From: a virus
Lineage: Duplodnaviria > Caudoviricetes
Virus record (IMG/VR): IMGVR_UViG_3300029305_003178
Coordinates: 1-64,000 of that record
Length of the DNA: 64,000 nt
Strand: one strand, 5' to 3'
The position numbers and the translations under genes were made by a program. Positions 29,140 through 38,163 of the stretch are shown here, piece by piece; the first letter of the stretch is position 1; each line of letters begins with the position of its first letter. The notes below the pieces were generated by a model. That model made no database searches and was not told the DNA's origin. It saw nothing but the letters and a program-made list of their open reading frames with translations.

Positions 29140-29364
29140 ATGAAAATACGAGGTAATGCTATATATAAAGCTAAATTTACTAACTTTATAACTAACGAAG
29201 TAGAAATAGTTATTGTAGTTAGTGACGGCTACTATGATATTGAGGGTCTTGCTTGGCAAAAATTCGTTGACCATCATATTAAAAATAATAAAGATATTAT
29301 TGACTGGGAATTAACAGATATGATATATATTGGTGATGTTATGGAAGGATGTAAAATTTTATGA
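29140..29364 (+). CDS. Small hypothetical protein, LAWxxF family
   Basis: IYKAKF.N..T...IEGLAWQKF. Confidence 0.75.
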   Translation: MKIRGNAIYKAKFTNFITNEVEIVIVVSDGYYDIEGLAWQKFVDHHIKNNKDIIDWELTDMIYIGDVMEGCKIL

Positions 29365-29531
29365 AAAGTGAAGATATTAAAGTTGTAGCTAACAAGTACG
29401 CTAATTGGATAATTAGCGGTAAAAGAAATTTCAATACTATCCCACAGTGTATGAAATTAATTGTGGTGAGAGTATTACAAAATAAAGGATATGATATAGA
29501 TGGGAAGGAGATTAATCGTGAGGATATATAA
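29361..29531 (+). CDS. CD1375-like protein, divergent third copy (not in ORF track)
   Basis: VANKYANWIISGKRNFNTIPQCMKLIVVRVLQNKGYDIDG. Confidence 0.6.
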   Translation: MKSEDIKVVANKYANWIISGKRNFNTIPQCMKLIVVRVLQNKGYDIDGKEINREDI

Positions 29532-29739
29532 ATGGAGAGTGAAATATCTTAATAGAAAAACTAGTGGAGTTACTACAATATACATAGATGCAGAAAATAT
29601 TAATACTGCTGAAAAATTAGCATGGAAAGAATTCATTAATATGTATGGTGAAGCATATACTACGGATTGTTACGTGTTTGAAGTAACTAGAGTTAGTGGA
29701 TGTCGTAGTGAGGTTGTTAAAAATTATGAAATTGTATGA
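29518..29739 (+). CDS. Small hypothetical protein, LAWxxF family
   Basis: GTG start after AAGGAG; IYKWRVKY...AEKLAWKEFINMYGEAY. Confidence 0.75.
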   Translation: MRIYKWRVKYLNRKTSGVTTIYIDAENINTAEKLAWKEFINMYGEAYTTDCYVFEVTRVSGCRSEVVKNYEIV

Positions 29740-29917
29740 ATGGAAAGTAGAATTCCGTAATAGTTTTACTGGAGATAGAGTAGTAGTTGATATAATATCT
29801 GTTTTGGAACTTGAAATTATACAACAATTGGCATGGCGTGAATTTATTAAGAAATATGGTGAAGAGTACACAAAAGGATTTTTTATAACTTCTTTTGATG
29901 CGTTATGTGAGGTGTAA
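29726..29917 (+). CDS. Small hypothetical protein, LAWxxF family
   Basis: LYEWKVEF...QQLAWREFIKKYGEEY. Confidence 0.75.
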   Translation: MKLYEWKVEFRNSFTGDRVVVDIISVLELEIIQQLAWREFIKKYGEEYTKGFFITSFDALCEV

Positions 29918-29922
29918 TAATT

Positions 29923-30102
29923 ATGTTAACATATCCGTGGCTAATAGAATTTAAATGTATTGGTAGAAATGATATCGGCATATATGTTGATGCTAAGGAT
30001 ATTTATCAAGCGGCACATTTGGCAGAAGAAAAATTTAAAAATACATATGGAAATGAATTTTTTATAGTGTATTATATAAATGGTATTACTAGACTGTATT
30101 AA
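29923..30102 (+). CDS. Small hypothetical protein, LAWxxF family (not in ORF track)
   Basis: TYPWLIEF...IYVDAKDIYQAAHLAEEKFKNTYGNEF; GAGGTG SD. Confidence 0.7.
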   Translation: MLTYPWLIEFKCIGRNDIGIYVDAKDIYQAAHLAEEKFKNTYGNEFFIVYYINGITRLY

Positions 30103-30127
30103 CTGATAAATAGCAGGGGGTATGAAT

Positions 30128-30286
30128 ATGAAAGATAAACTTATTCATGTACTTATTTTATCGTGTTTTTATGTAGCTATGATATATTTGATTGCAACTA
30201 AAAATATTGTTGATAACGTTTTTGCTAAGTGTATATTAACATTTTCATTAGGTGTATTATTTGCTGCTTCATTAGATGACTTATAA
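30128..30286 (+). CDS. Small membrane protein (not in ORF track)
   Basis: Two hydrophobic segments; AGGGGG SD. Confidence 0.6.
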   Translation: MKDKLIHVLILSCFYVAMIYLIATKNIVDNVFAKCILTFSLGVLFAASLDDL

Positions 30287-30302
30287 AAAGGAGATGTTAT
30301 AT

Positions 30303-30449
30303 ATGCCTTATAAATATGCTGTGTCTAAATCAAATAATTATAGTAGAAAGCGAGTTACTATTAAATTGGATAAAAATATGAATATTTTAAATCTTGAAGA
30401 AGTTGTTGATATAATTTGTGAAAGATTTAGAAATTTTAAGAGAGGATGA
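30303..30449 (+). CDS. Small hypothetical protein (not in ORF track)
   Basis: AAGGAG SD, fills gap. Confidence 0.55.
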   Translation: MPYKYAVSKSNNYSRKRVTIKLDKNMNILNLEEVVDIICERFRNFKRG

Positions 30450-30455
30450 TCATTT

Positions 30456-30689
30456 ATGTATGAGATAGACAAAACTAATGTAATTACAAAATACAATGCT
30501 GATGAGTTATTGGATTTACCATTCGGTGAATGTATTTTGATATATAATAACGAAAATGGAACTATTACATCATGTAATACTGGTGTAATATTTGGAAATA
30601 AGATCGGATTTCCAGATGGTACATATGCATTTTTAGATACGATTCTCATGTATCTTAAAAATGGTAATCTAGAGATTCATGTAGGATAA
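30456..30689 (+). CDS. Hypothetical protein
   Basis: 77-aa ORF; resembles N-terminus of 32614 (xxLPFG). Confidence 0.7.
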   Translation: MYEIDKTNVITKYNADELLDLPFGECILIYNNENGTITSCNTGVIFGNKIGFPDGTYAFLDTILMYLKNGNLEIHVG

Positions 30690-30701
30690 GGATGTGATTG
30701 T

Positions 30702-30905
30702 ATGGACCAAGGAAAGCATTGTCCAGTATGTGGTAGATTTACTGGATTTTATTCTACTAGATGTTTAGAGTGTGGATATGATCATTCCAAACATGAGTTT
30801 GAGTGGATTAAAATTGATGTGAAGTATTTGAAGGCTATAACTCCAGATAGTGTAGTTAAGAAGCTTATAAATATGCATAGAGAAAAATATGTAAAACGGA
30901 GATGA
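30702..30905 (+). CDS. Zinc-ribbon small protein
   Basis: CPVCG...CLECG. Confidence 0.75.
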   Translation: MDQGKHCPVCGRFTGFYSTRCLECGYDHSKHEFEWIKIDVKYLKAITPDSVVKKLINMHREKYVKRR

Positions 30906-30911
30906 ATTATT

Positions 30912-31451
30912 ATGAAAACATTTACAATTACAAAAGAGAATATTACTATGATTTGTGGTCTATTGGATAAATTTTTCAATAATAAACCAAGAGTATTTAT
31001 TGAATGGTCTACATGGAATTGTGGATTTAGAAAAAATACTCCATTAACTGATGATTTCTATGATGATTATGAAATTTATAATGAGCCTCCATATAAAGTA
31101 TATACCGAGGATAATAGAATTTACATCAAAATGGAAAATCATACATATGACGTAAATATTGGTGATAAGGTTAGATTTTACGGTAATAAGATTGTTATTG
31201 CTAGAAAATTAGTATCTAGAAAAAGACCTGTTACCGATTATATTGTATTTAGTATGCTCGGTAACAGTCCATATCAGGCAATTAAAGATCAAACAGATAA
31301 TGATAAAGTAATGCAGTGTTCTATTATGACTGTGAATACCGTAAATAGAAATAAAAGAGTATACCCAAAAGGTATTAATAAAGCAATATTAAGATTTGCA
31401 GATAATTTAATGAGAGAGGATGATAAATTAAATGAACTGGTTATTCGATAA
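30912..31451 (+). CDS. MKGITVTEKN-family paralog with C-terminal NRNKRVYP segment
   Basis: MKTFTITKENI...KFF...GDKVRFYGNKI. Confidence 0.75.
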   Translation: MKTFTITKENITMICGLLDKFFNNKPRVFIEWSTWNCGFRKNTPLTDDFYDDYEIYNEPPYKVYTEDNRIYIKMENHTYDVNIGDKVRFYGNKIVIARKLVSRKRPVTDYIVFSMLGNSPYQAIKDQTDNDKVMQCSIMTVNTVNRNKRVYPKGINKAILRFADNLMREDDKLNELVIR

Positions 31452-31614
31452 ATTAAAACACCATATCGGGCACGAAATTGAATGTGTTGGATATGGTGAC
31501 GGTGATAAAATAGAAGACATTTGTCTTGAATGTGTCGATTGTTGCGAGGTGTTAGTATCAACACAAACAATTGACGAAGAAGAAGACGATGAATATGGTT
31601 GGAAAGGAAAATAA
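31432..31614 (+). CDS. Small Cys/acidic phage protein
   Basis: LKHHIGHEIECVGYG...CLECVDCCEVL. Confidence 0.75.
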   Translation: MNWLFDKLKHHIGHEIECVGYGDGDKIEDICLECVDCCEVLVSTQTIDEEEDDEYGWKGK

Positions 31615-32036
31615 CTATGAAAGGTATAAAAGCCAATGTCATATTATGTAAAAATATACAGGAAAATGACGGTATAGTTTCAATTAATAAAATATTACGT
31701 AAAGCACAATCGTTGCGTAGAGAAAATTTCTGGATGTATTTAGATATTCAAACAACATTAGAGTTTCCTAATGAAACTCCAATTTATTTTGCATTAATGC
31801 CATTAATGACTAAAAGTATCGACTATATTGAAATGGGGAATACTATTTTATATAAGTCGGTAGACACACCTAATACTGAAACTATAACTAAGTTTAAATA
31901 TAGAACTACTATGATCCAGAAATTCTCAAATATTCCAATTTTAAGACATAGTGAATACGAGTTCGTTGTGTATATTTTGGATGACAATACATCTGAGAGA
32001 ACTATATTAGATACATTTAAGTTTGAAGTAGTATAA
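31599..32036 (+). CDS. Hypothetical protein
   Basis: 145-aa ORF. Confidence 0.7.
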   Translation: MERKITMKGIKANVILCKNIQENDGIVSINKILRKAQSLRRENFWMYLDIQTTLEFPNETPIYFALMPLMTKSIDYIEMGNTILYKSVDTPNTETITKFKYRTTMIQKFSNIPILRHSEYEFVVYILDDNTSERTILDTFKFEVV

Positions 32037-32049
32037 TAAAGGTGATTTT

Positions 32050-32610
32050 ATGAGTAGAAAATACGAGGTAGAAATTTGCAAATGCGGTAGAATTCATTTT
32101 ATTGATTGGAATGAAATTAGTACTGCATGTGATGAAGAAAAAGAGCTTCTTGTTATTTGTGGTGGTTGCGGCAAAAGAAGATATATTGGATCGAATAAGT
32201 ATCCCGATTGTGATAATCCAGATGGAATTATTCACAATATGTATTCTTATGAAGGATCACCTAATGAGAATTTCTATATTACAGAAGATTATTTTAAGGA
32301 TAAAAATATCTATAAAGTATTTTATAGTTATGGTATTAAAGTACCAATGATGACAGGATATTTTGCAACATCTTTTATTGATGGAAATTTCTATGATTAT
32401 CATTATCCTAATACGAATGTTATTTATAGAAACAGGACATCCGTAAATTACATTATACAATATTTTACAGAGTTAGAGGATAAAATGTCGACTGTAGATA
32501 TGAAATCGTTAATTGATCATTACTTAACTGATGAACAAGCTAAGGAGCTTTCTTCTTATTATATTAAAGGTCTTAATTGGTCTGGTACCAAGTATGAAAG
32601 AAAGGTGTAA
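32050..32610 (+). CDS. Zinc-finger hypothetical protein
   Basis: CKCG...CGGCG. Confidence 0.75.
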   Translation: MSRKYEVEICKCGRIHFIDWNEISTACDEEKELLVICGGCGKRRYIGSNKYPDCDNPDGIIHNMYSYEGSPNENFYITEDYFKDKNIYKVFYSYGIKVPMMTGYFATSFIDGNFYDYHYPNTNVIYRNRTSVNYIIQYFTELEDKMSTVDMKSLIDHYLTDEQAKELSSYYIKGLNWSGTKYERKV

Positions 32611-32613
32611 TTT

Positions 32614-33015
32614 ATGAAAGAAATTAGTTATAAAGAAATTCGAAATCTTCCATTTGGTACTAGAGTAAACTATGTATCAAGTGATTCGGGTCATATTCGT
32701 GAATGCGTAAAAGTTGATAATGGGCTAGTCTATAAAGATGGTAGTATGTTCGAACTTGACCAACTTGAAGCACATGAGAATTATTGTATTGAACGGCAGG
32801 GCTATTCTATTTATACATATTATGTGGTAGAAGACGAAAATGCATACGAAAAAATGTGGAAACAACTAAAGAAGAAAGTAGTAAATGACAGAGATTATTA
32901 TGGTAGTTCAAGATCTGTTTATAGCTGCTCAGATTACGATGAGAGAAAACATAGAATGTCGACTCTTAACGATATTATTGCTATTATGAGTAGTATAGAA
33001 AAATCACATGAGTAA
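32614..33015 (+). CDS. Hypothetical protein
   Basis: C-terminal N(A/T)YE.MW..LK helix shared with 33034. Confidence 0.75.
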   Translation: MKEISYKEIRNLPFGTRVNYVSSDSGHIRECVKVDNGLVYKDGSMFELDQLEAHENYCIERQGYSIYTYYVVEDENAYEKMWKQLKKKVVNDRDYYGSSRSVYSCSDYDERKHRMSTLNDIIAIMSSIEKSHE

Positions 33016-33033
33016 ATAATGAGGTGAAATAAT

Positions 33034-33378
33034 ATGCAGAAAATGAAATTTAGAAAGAAACCAATAAGTATTGAAGCATATCAAACTGATAAAGAAATGA
33101 TTATTCATACTTTAGAAGGTGATATGTTAGCACATGTAGGTGACTGGATTATCACTGGTGTTAATGGTGAGCAGTATCCTTGTAAGCCAGACATTTTTGA
33201 AAAGACATATGAGTTCGCAGATTCTGAAAGTGTAAATACATATGAAATCATGTGGAACGATTTAAAATCTGTTATACAGAGTGTAACATCCGTGAATATG
33301 GAGCTTCATTCTATTAAAGCATACAAATCTATTTTAAACATTATGGGTGATTTTGAAATGGAAAATATTAAAAAATAA
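33034..33378 (+). CDS. PGDYG-like phage protein
   Basis: [12 protein letters not shown]...[31 protein letters not shown]. Confidence 0.85.
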   Translation: MQKMKFRKKPISIEAYQTDKEMIIHTLEGDMLAHVGDWIITGVNGEQYPCKPDIFEKTYEFADSESVNTYEIMWNDLKSVIQSVTSVNMELHSIKAYKSILNIMGDFEMENIKK

Positions 33379-33385
33379 AAGTAAT

Positions 33386-33415
33386 TGGGATATATGCAAT
33401 TAAGCATATATCCCA
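33386..33415. terminator. Bidirectional hairpin terminator
   Basis: TGGGATATATGC-AATTAA-GCATATATCCCA plus T-run. Confidence 0.85.
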
Positions 33416-33425
33416 TTTTTTTTTA

Positions 33426-33962
33426 TCATCTTAAAGCTAAAAAGAAATTTCTTGTGTAAGTTTCAAAAGAAAAATAATGTTCATTAGGAATTCCATCCAC
33501 ACTAATTAATCTCCAATCTGGATAAACATCAATTGTTGGAAAGAATGTATCCGCATTATTGTATGTATCATCAATTCTAGTAACATAGGCATCAGTGCAG
33601 TAGTCTATTAATTGTCTATAAATTTGACCACCGCCTGCTACATAAATCTGTTTATTATGAATTTTATTTAATTCATTATTTAATTCTTCTAAATTATGTA
33701 CGATTATAACATTATCTGCTTTATAGTTTTCATCTCTTGTTAAAACGATATTAATTCTATTAGGAAGAGCTTTTCCATTAGGAAAAGATTCTAATGTTTT
33801 TCTTCCTATAATAATAACATTATTAGTTGTTAATTCTTTGAATCTTTTTAAGTCTTCTGGAATTCTTTTTAAAAGATTTCCCTTGTAACCAATTCCCCAA
33901 TTGTTGTCTGCAGCAACAATAGCAATCATTTTTTTCTCTCTTAATTCTTTAATTGTATTCAT
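33426..33962 (-). CDS. folA: Dihydrofolate reductase
   Basis: IAIVAAD...GIG..G.L...IPEDLKRFKELT, IGRKTLES, LPNRINIVLTR, AGGGQIY, ADTFFP. Confidence 0.95.
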   Translation of the reverse strand: MNTIKELREKKMIAIVAADNNWGIGYKGNLLKRIPEDLKRFKELTTNNVIIIGRKTLESFPNGKALPNRINIVLTRDENYKADNVIIVHNLEELNNELNKIHNKQIYVAGGGQIYRQLIDYCTDAYVTRIDDTYNNADTFFPTIDVYPDWRLISVDGIPNEHYFSFETYTRNFFLALR

Positions 33963-34088
33963 TTTAATACCTCCCCCTGTAATAACAGATAATGTTATAT
34001 ATATTAAAGTTTAATCTATTATAAAAAAATAATTTTTTAAATATATATTATTGATTTGACATAATATAAATAAAGGAGGTTGTTAATT

Positions 34089-34397
34089 ATGTCTAAAAGA
34101 ATATTCATATCTGTTGGTATGCACAGTAGATCTAATCATGAAGTGGCACTTGATATAGATAGAGCATACAGAAAACTTAAAGAAATGTATAATCATGATA
34201 TTATCACTATAGTATCTAATTTATATTGTGAAGCTCCTGTAGATGCAGATAGATTGTATTATCTTGGAGAAGCTATTAAGAAACTTGGAACCTGTGATGC
34301 ATGTTATTTTGTTAAAGGTTGGGATAATAGTAAAGGGTGTTTAATTGAAGCGACAGTTTGTAAACTTTATGAAATTCCAATGATTGAGGAGATCTAA
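34089..34397 (+). CDS. DUF4406 / nucleoside 2-deoxyribosyltransferase-like protein
   Basis: IFISVGM...LGTCDACYFVKGWDNSKGCLIE; early motif at 34040-34051. Confidence 0.7.
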   Translation: MSKRIFISVGMHSRSNHEVALDIDRAYRKLKEMYNHDIITIVSNLYCEAPVDADRLYYLGEAIKKLGTCDACYFVKGWDNSKGCLIEATVCKLYEIPMIEEI

Positions 34398-34399
34398 CA

Positions 34400-34663
34400 A
34401 TGGGTACATTTACAGAAATGGTTTATAGATGTAAGGATTGTAACAGTGATAAATGTAAAGACTGTACATATAATGAAGTTCATCATAATGATAATAATAG
34501 GAGGGTTAAAACTATGAAAACTAAAACTTTTAAATATCATATTACATTTAAAGACGGTAGAGAAATTGATGAAGAATTTGAAGCGGATAACGTATTAGAC
34601 GGACATTATCGTATTTATAGAAAATATGGTAGAACCTATGCTAAAGCTTATTATATTAAATGA
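34400..34663 (+). CDS. Hypothetical protein (possible internal start near 34514)
   Basis: 87-aa ORF with CxxC pairs. Confidence 0.6.
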   Translation: MGTFTEMVYRCKDCNSDKCKDCTYNEVHHNDNNRRVKTMKTKTFKYHITFKDGREIDEEFEADNVLDGHYRIYRKYGRTYAKAYYIK

Positions 34664-34677
34664 GTAGGTGATACAAC

Positions 34678-35016
34678 ATGAAATTTACTGAAAGAATGGA
34701 TGAATTAAATGATACTATCAATAAAGGCAATATATTATCTCCATCTTTATCTGATAGAGAAGCTTTGTTATTTATTGTAGATTATTTACTAGGTGAAGAT
34801 TGGTGTTCTCCTAGCCCAATAAGTACCGAGCAAATAAATACTGAGATAGTTCATACTATTCTTTACAAATATTCTAAAGAATATAAAGAAGAATATGATG
34901 AATGGTCTGGTATAAATAGACAAAAAGAATTAAATTCATTGAAATATGCATTTCATGAGTTTATTGAACGTTTTAAGATAACTTTAAAAGAAAAAATTGG
35001 TATAGGAGATAATTAA
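34678..35016 (+). CDS. Hypothetical protein
   Basis: 112-aa ORF, YLLGEDW motif. Confidence 0.75.
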   Translation: MKFTERMDELNDTINKGNILSPSLSDREALLFIVDYLLGEDWCSPSPISTEQINTEIVHTILYKYSKEYKEEYDEWSGINRQKELNSLKYAFHEFIERFKITLKEKIGIGDN

Positions 35017-35018
35017 TT

Positions 35019-35204
35019 ATGAATGAAAAGACATACTCAATCAAAGTAACATTTAAGAATGGTATAGTTACTACGTTTAATAATATTGTAGATCATGAAG
35101 AAAAAGATGGTAAATTATATGTAAAATGTATTAGAGAAATCGATTTTCCATTAGATGATATTAAATCTATTGAGAAAGTAGATAATAACAGAGAGGATGA
35201 CTAA
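35019..35204 (+). CDS. Small beta-domain protein
   Basis: IKVTFKNG...DGKLYV...FPLDDIKSI; paralog of 36189 and of the C-termini of 35197 and 35705. Confidence 0.7.
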   Translation: MNEKTYSIKVTFKNGIVTTFNNIVDHEEKDGKLYVKCIREIDFPLDDIKSIEKVDNNREDD

Positions 35205-35700
35205 AATTATGGCAATTGTATATCCGTATGTTTGTTCTGGATGTGGTAAGCCCCCAGAATATTATTTTAGTAAAGAAGAAGATCTACATATCTTACAATG
35301 TATAACTAAAGGATGCAAATGGTATGGTATTAAATCATATTATTATGATAGCTTATGTGGTAAATCCATGGCTATCCAAATTTGGAATCAGCATCAAGAG
35401 TTTAGAAATACCATGAAAAAATTATTTGACATGATTGATTCTATCAACGATAGTAATAAAGATAATAATATAGATGATGTAAGAGGTAAGTCTGATGGTC
35501 AATTCTTTGAAATAATTCATCCAGAATATAATAGAGTTGAAATTCTTTTCACAGATAATAAGTTTACTGTGATACATAATGTGATAAGAATTAAAATTGT
35601 TGATGATACATTAGATATTATTAGATACGGTAATGATATGTACTTTAAATTATCTAATATTAAAGAATATTCTATGGGTCCGACTAGAAAAGAGGTATAA
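35197..35700 (+). CDS. Lar-like zinc-finger protein with C-terminal beta domain
   Basis: CSGCGKPP...LQCITKGC...AIQIWN. Confidence 0.6.
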   Translation: MTKIMAIVYPYVCSGCGKPPEYYFSKEEDLHILQCITKGCKWYGIKSYYYDSLCGKSMAIQIWNQHQEFRNTMKKLFDMIDSINDSNKDNNIDDVRGKSDGQFFEIIHPEYNRVEILFTDNKFTVIHNVIRIKIVDDTLDIIRYGNDMYFKLSNIKEYSMGPTRKEV

Positions 35701-35704
35701 AACT

Positions 35705-36184
35705 ATGGATGATAGAAATAGAAATAATGTTGGTATGAATTTATGTTACAGATGTGGGATATCTCCATATCTGTATTATATTCATAATAGTGGTGTTTGG
35801 GCTGTTTCATGTAAGAATCCCAAATGTGATGAATATCATAGACCTGTTGTTGGTATTAATGCTATTCTCGCAGAACAGGAATGGAATAAGAAACAAGAGT
35901 TTATGAAAACCACAGAAACTATTGAAAAAGTATATTCCATGATGAAAAAATTTAGTGAAAATGATGCTGATGACTGCAATGTAGCTGTAAGCACTGAATC
36001 ACATGAACCTAGAACTAATATTTTAGAAATTCATCATGACGATGATAATTATATCAAAATAGATAAAGTATTGAATTACTATTTTGATGGTAAATACTTA
36101 TGTATAAATAGAGTTATTACTGAAAAATATTCTGTCAGTCATAATATTAAAAACTTACATATGTATCCAGATAAAAAAGGGTGA
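35705..36184 (+). CDS. Lar-like zinc-finger protein with C-terminal beta domain
   Basis: Start after AGAGG; CYRCGISP...VSCKNPKC...AEQEWN. Confidence 0.6.
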   Translation: MDDRNRNNVGMNLCYRCGISPYLYYIHNSGVWAVSCKNPKCDEYHRPVVGINAILAEQEWNKKQEFMKTTETIEKVYSMMKKFSENDADDCNVAVSTESHEPRTNILEIHHDDDNYIKIDKVLNYYFDGKYLCINRVITEKYSVSHNIKNLHMYPDKKG

Positions 36185-36188
36185 TATT

Positions 36189-36356
36189 ATGAAAATTGAT
36201 ATAAAATATAAAAAAGGTCACAAAGGAGAAAAATCATTTGCTTGTGTGAACAAATATTGGGTAGACAATAATTGTTTATATATGCAAAAGTTTTCTAGAA
36301 CGGTTGTGATTCCTTTAGATAATATAGAAAATTTCCAAGTAATTGGAAATTGGTAA
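36189..36356 (+). CDS. Small beta-domain protein (not in ORF track)
   Basis: MKIDIKYKKG...VNKYWVDNNCLYM...VIPLDNIENFQV. Confidence 0.65.
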   Translation: MKIDIKYKKGHKGEKSFACVNKYWVDNNCLYMQKFSRTVVIPLDNIENFQVIGNW

Positions 36357-36364
36357 ATAAATAT

Positions 36365-36394
36365 AGCAGTATAGGATTAATTTCCTATACTGCT
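36365..36394. terminator. Bidirectional hairpin terminator
   Basis: AGCAGTATAGGA-TTAATT-TCCTATACTGCT plus T-run. Confidence 0.85.
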
Positions 36395-36405
36395 TATTTT
36401 TTTTA

Positions 36406-38031
36406 TTATTTTACACTAATATCAAATACATCTTTACAAACTTCTGGCATTATTTTATCTAGCTTCATTGTATCTGTAATATCTGGATATTGTTTTTTAA
36501 TAAGATTATCCATACTAATAATATCTTCACTTGGAATACGTTCTTCACCAAATAGTGTTTGTTTTATTATGTCTGCTTTTGCTGGAGATATATCTAATTT
36601 AGGTTTACTATATATTTTAGTAAATTCAGATATAGTTCTACCAGCTTCTTCAAATACAGATTTAACCCTTGGGCATAATTCATTTAATTGCTTTTCCATT
36701 TGTTCTGTTGAGATTGCTGTCATTAGCGGATTATATTCTGCTTTTGCTATAGCCTCTTCAATATTTTTATTTATATCATCTGACATAAGTTTTTCACATA
36801 TTTTAATAAGATCTTCTTCAGAATTCTCGTGTCTAGAATCATTAATTTTCTTAATTTCTTCTTTAATTTCTCTAAGCTCAGTAAGTATAAGTTCATCCGT
36901 ATTAATAATTTCAAAGTTACCATTTTTCATATTTATATTAGTTTTACGAAATTCAAGCTCTTTATTAAAATTCTCCCATTCCGTTTTAGCTGTATCGGAA
37001 TAATTCCCTATATAATGGAACTCAAATTCATTATCATCTGTAATACTTGGTTCAAGACAGCTAGGAACTACAAATACATCTTCTCCATTATATATTGAAA
37101 GAATAGATCTAACTACATCCTGATTAGTTAGTTTTACTATTCCATTAGCTTTCATAGAATTTTCTTTATATATGATAATATATCCATTATTATTAGAAGT
37201 TTCTTCATTTGGAATATCTGGAATTCCTGGATGCATATATTTTATAGATTCTTTACGCTTCTTTTCTTTTGATTCTTTTAAAGCATCCCAGAAATTATAT
37301 CCTGTAGACTCACTAATTTCTTTGATATGTTTATCAATAGTTTCTCGTTCTTCTTTAGTTGCGTCTCTCATATCTTTTGAGATATCCTTAATACTGTCTT
37401 TTATTTTCATATAATCTTCATAAAAACTAAATCCAATTCTTTCTTTACATTTTCTAGATGCCTCTGGCAAATCGATATCGTAGACAGAACTATCAACAGT
37501 ATGCACATTATTAAAGACGGAATCAATCATTTCATACACATCATCTACGCAGAATGTTTCTATATCTGGATAATCTCTACCAGCTAAATTGCCGCCTCTA
37601 TATCTATCGATAGAATTATTTAATCTATCGATTAATTCATTTTTGAATTTAATAACTTCATCATTATTATATTTTTTAGCAACTTCTTCTGGATCTCCAA
37701 TTAATCTATCTACTGCTTCTTGAATATATGGTTCGACTTTCTTAACTCTTTCGTATCTACCAATAATTTCTTCAATAAAACTTTCCCAATGTGAGCGAAG
37801 ACCATAGCTCGGAACATACAAAACATTTGCTGGATCACAATTTAATACGCCACTCTCTGTATATGTATTAACAGATTTAATTTCCATACTACAAGGAGCA
37901 AATTCAATAAATGTGTGACATTTAGTGTCTTGGTTATTTTGTGCTAGGGCAGGTTTATCTTCCTGAACTAATCTAGGATTAGTTGGCTCTTTAAAAAATC
38001 TCTGCTTTATTTCAGCTAATAATTTACTCAT
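36406..38031 (-). CDS. Hypothetical protein, coiled-coil rich
   Basis: 541-aa ORF; GGAGAGATTATTATG start context shared with 39048 and 40079. Confidence 0.8.
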   Translation of the reverse strand: MSKLLAEIKQRFFKEPTNPRLVQEDKPALAQNNQDTKCHTFIEFAPCSMEIKSVNTYTESGVLNCDPANVLYVPSYGLRSHWESFIEEIIGRYERVKKVEPYIQEAVDRLIGDPEEVAKKYNNDEVIKFKNELIDRLNNSIDRYRGGNLAGRDYPDIETFCVDDVYEMIDSVFNNVHTVDSSVYDIDLPEASRKCKERIGFSFYEDYMKIKDSIKDISKDMRDATKEERETIDKHIKEISESTGYNFWDALKESKEKKRKESIKYMHPGIPDIPNEETSNNNGYIIIYKENSMKANGIVKLTNQDVVRSILSIYNGEDVFVVPSCLEPSITDDNEFEFHYIGNYSDTAKTEWENFNKELEFRKTNINMKNGNFEIINTDELILTELREIKEEIKKINDSRHENSEEDLIKICEKLMSDDINKNIEEAIAKAEYNPLMTAISTEQMEKQLNELCPRVKSVFEEAGRTISEFTKIYSKPKLDISPAKADIIKQTLFGEERIPSEDIISMDNLIKKQYPDITDTMKLDKIMPEVCKDVFDISVK

Positions 38032-38163
38032 AATAATCTCTCCCTTGTTATATGTTATCTGGGCTTAGGTGGTTTTTGTGAATTAACTTGTCTTGGATGT
38101 GAACTACTTTTTGCTATTGGTTCCATTATGATACAAAATAATTTTATTAAGATTTTTTTCATA

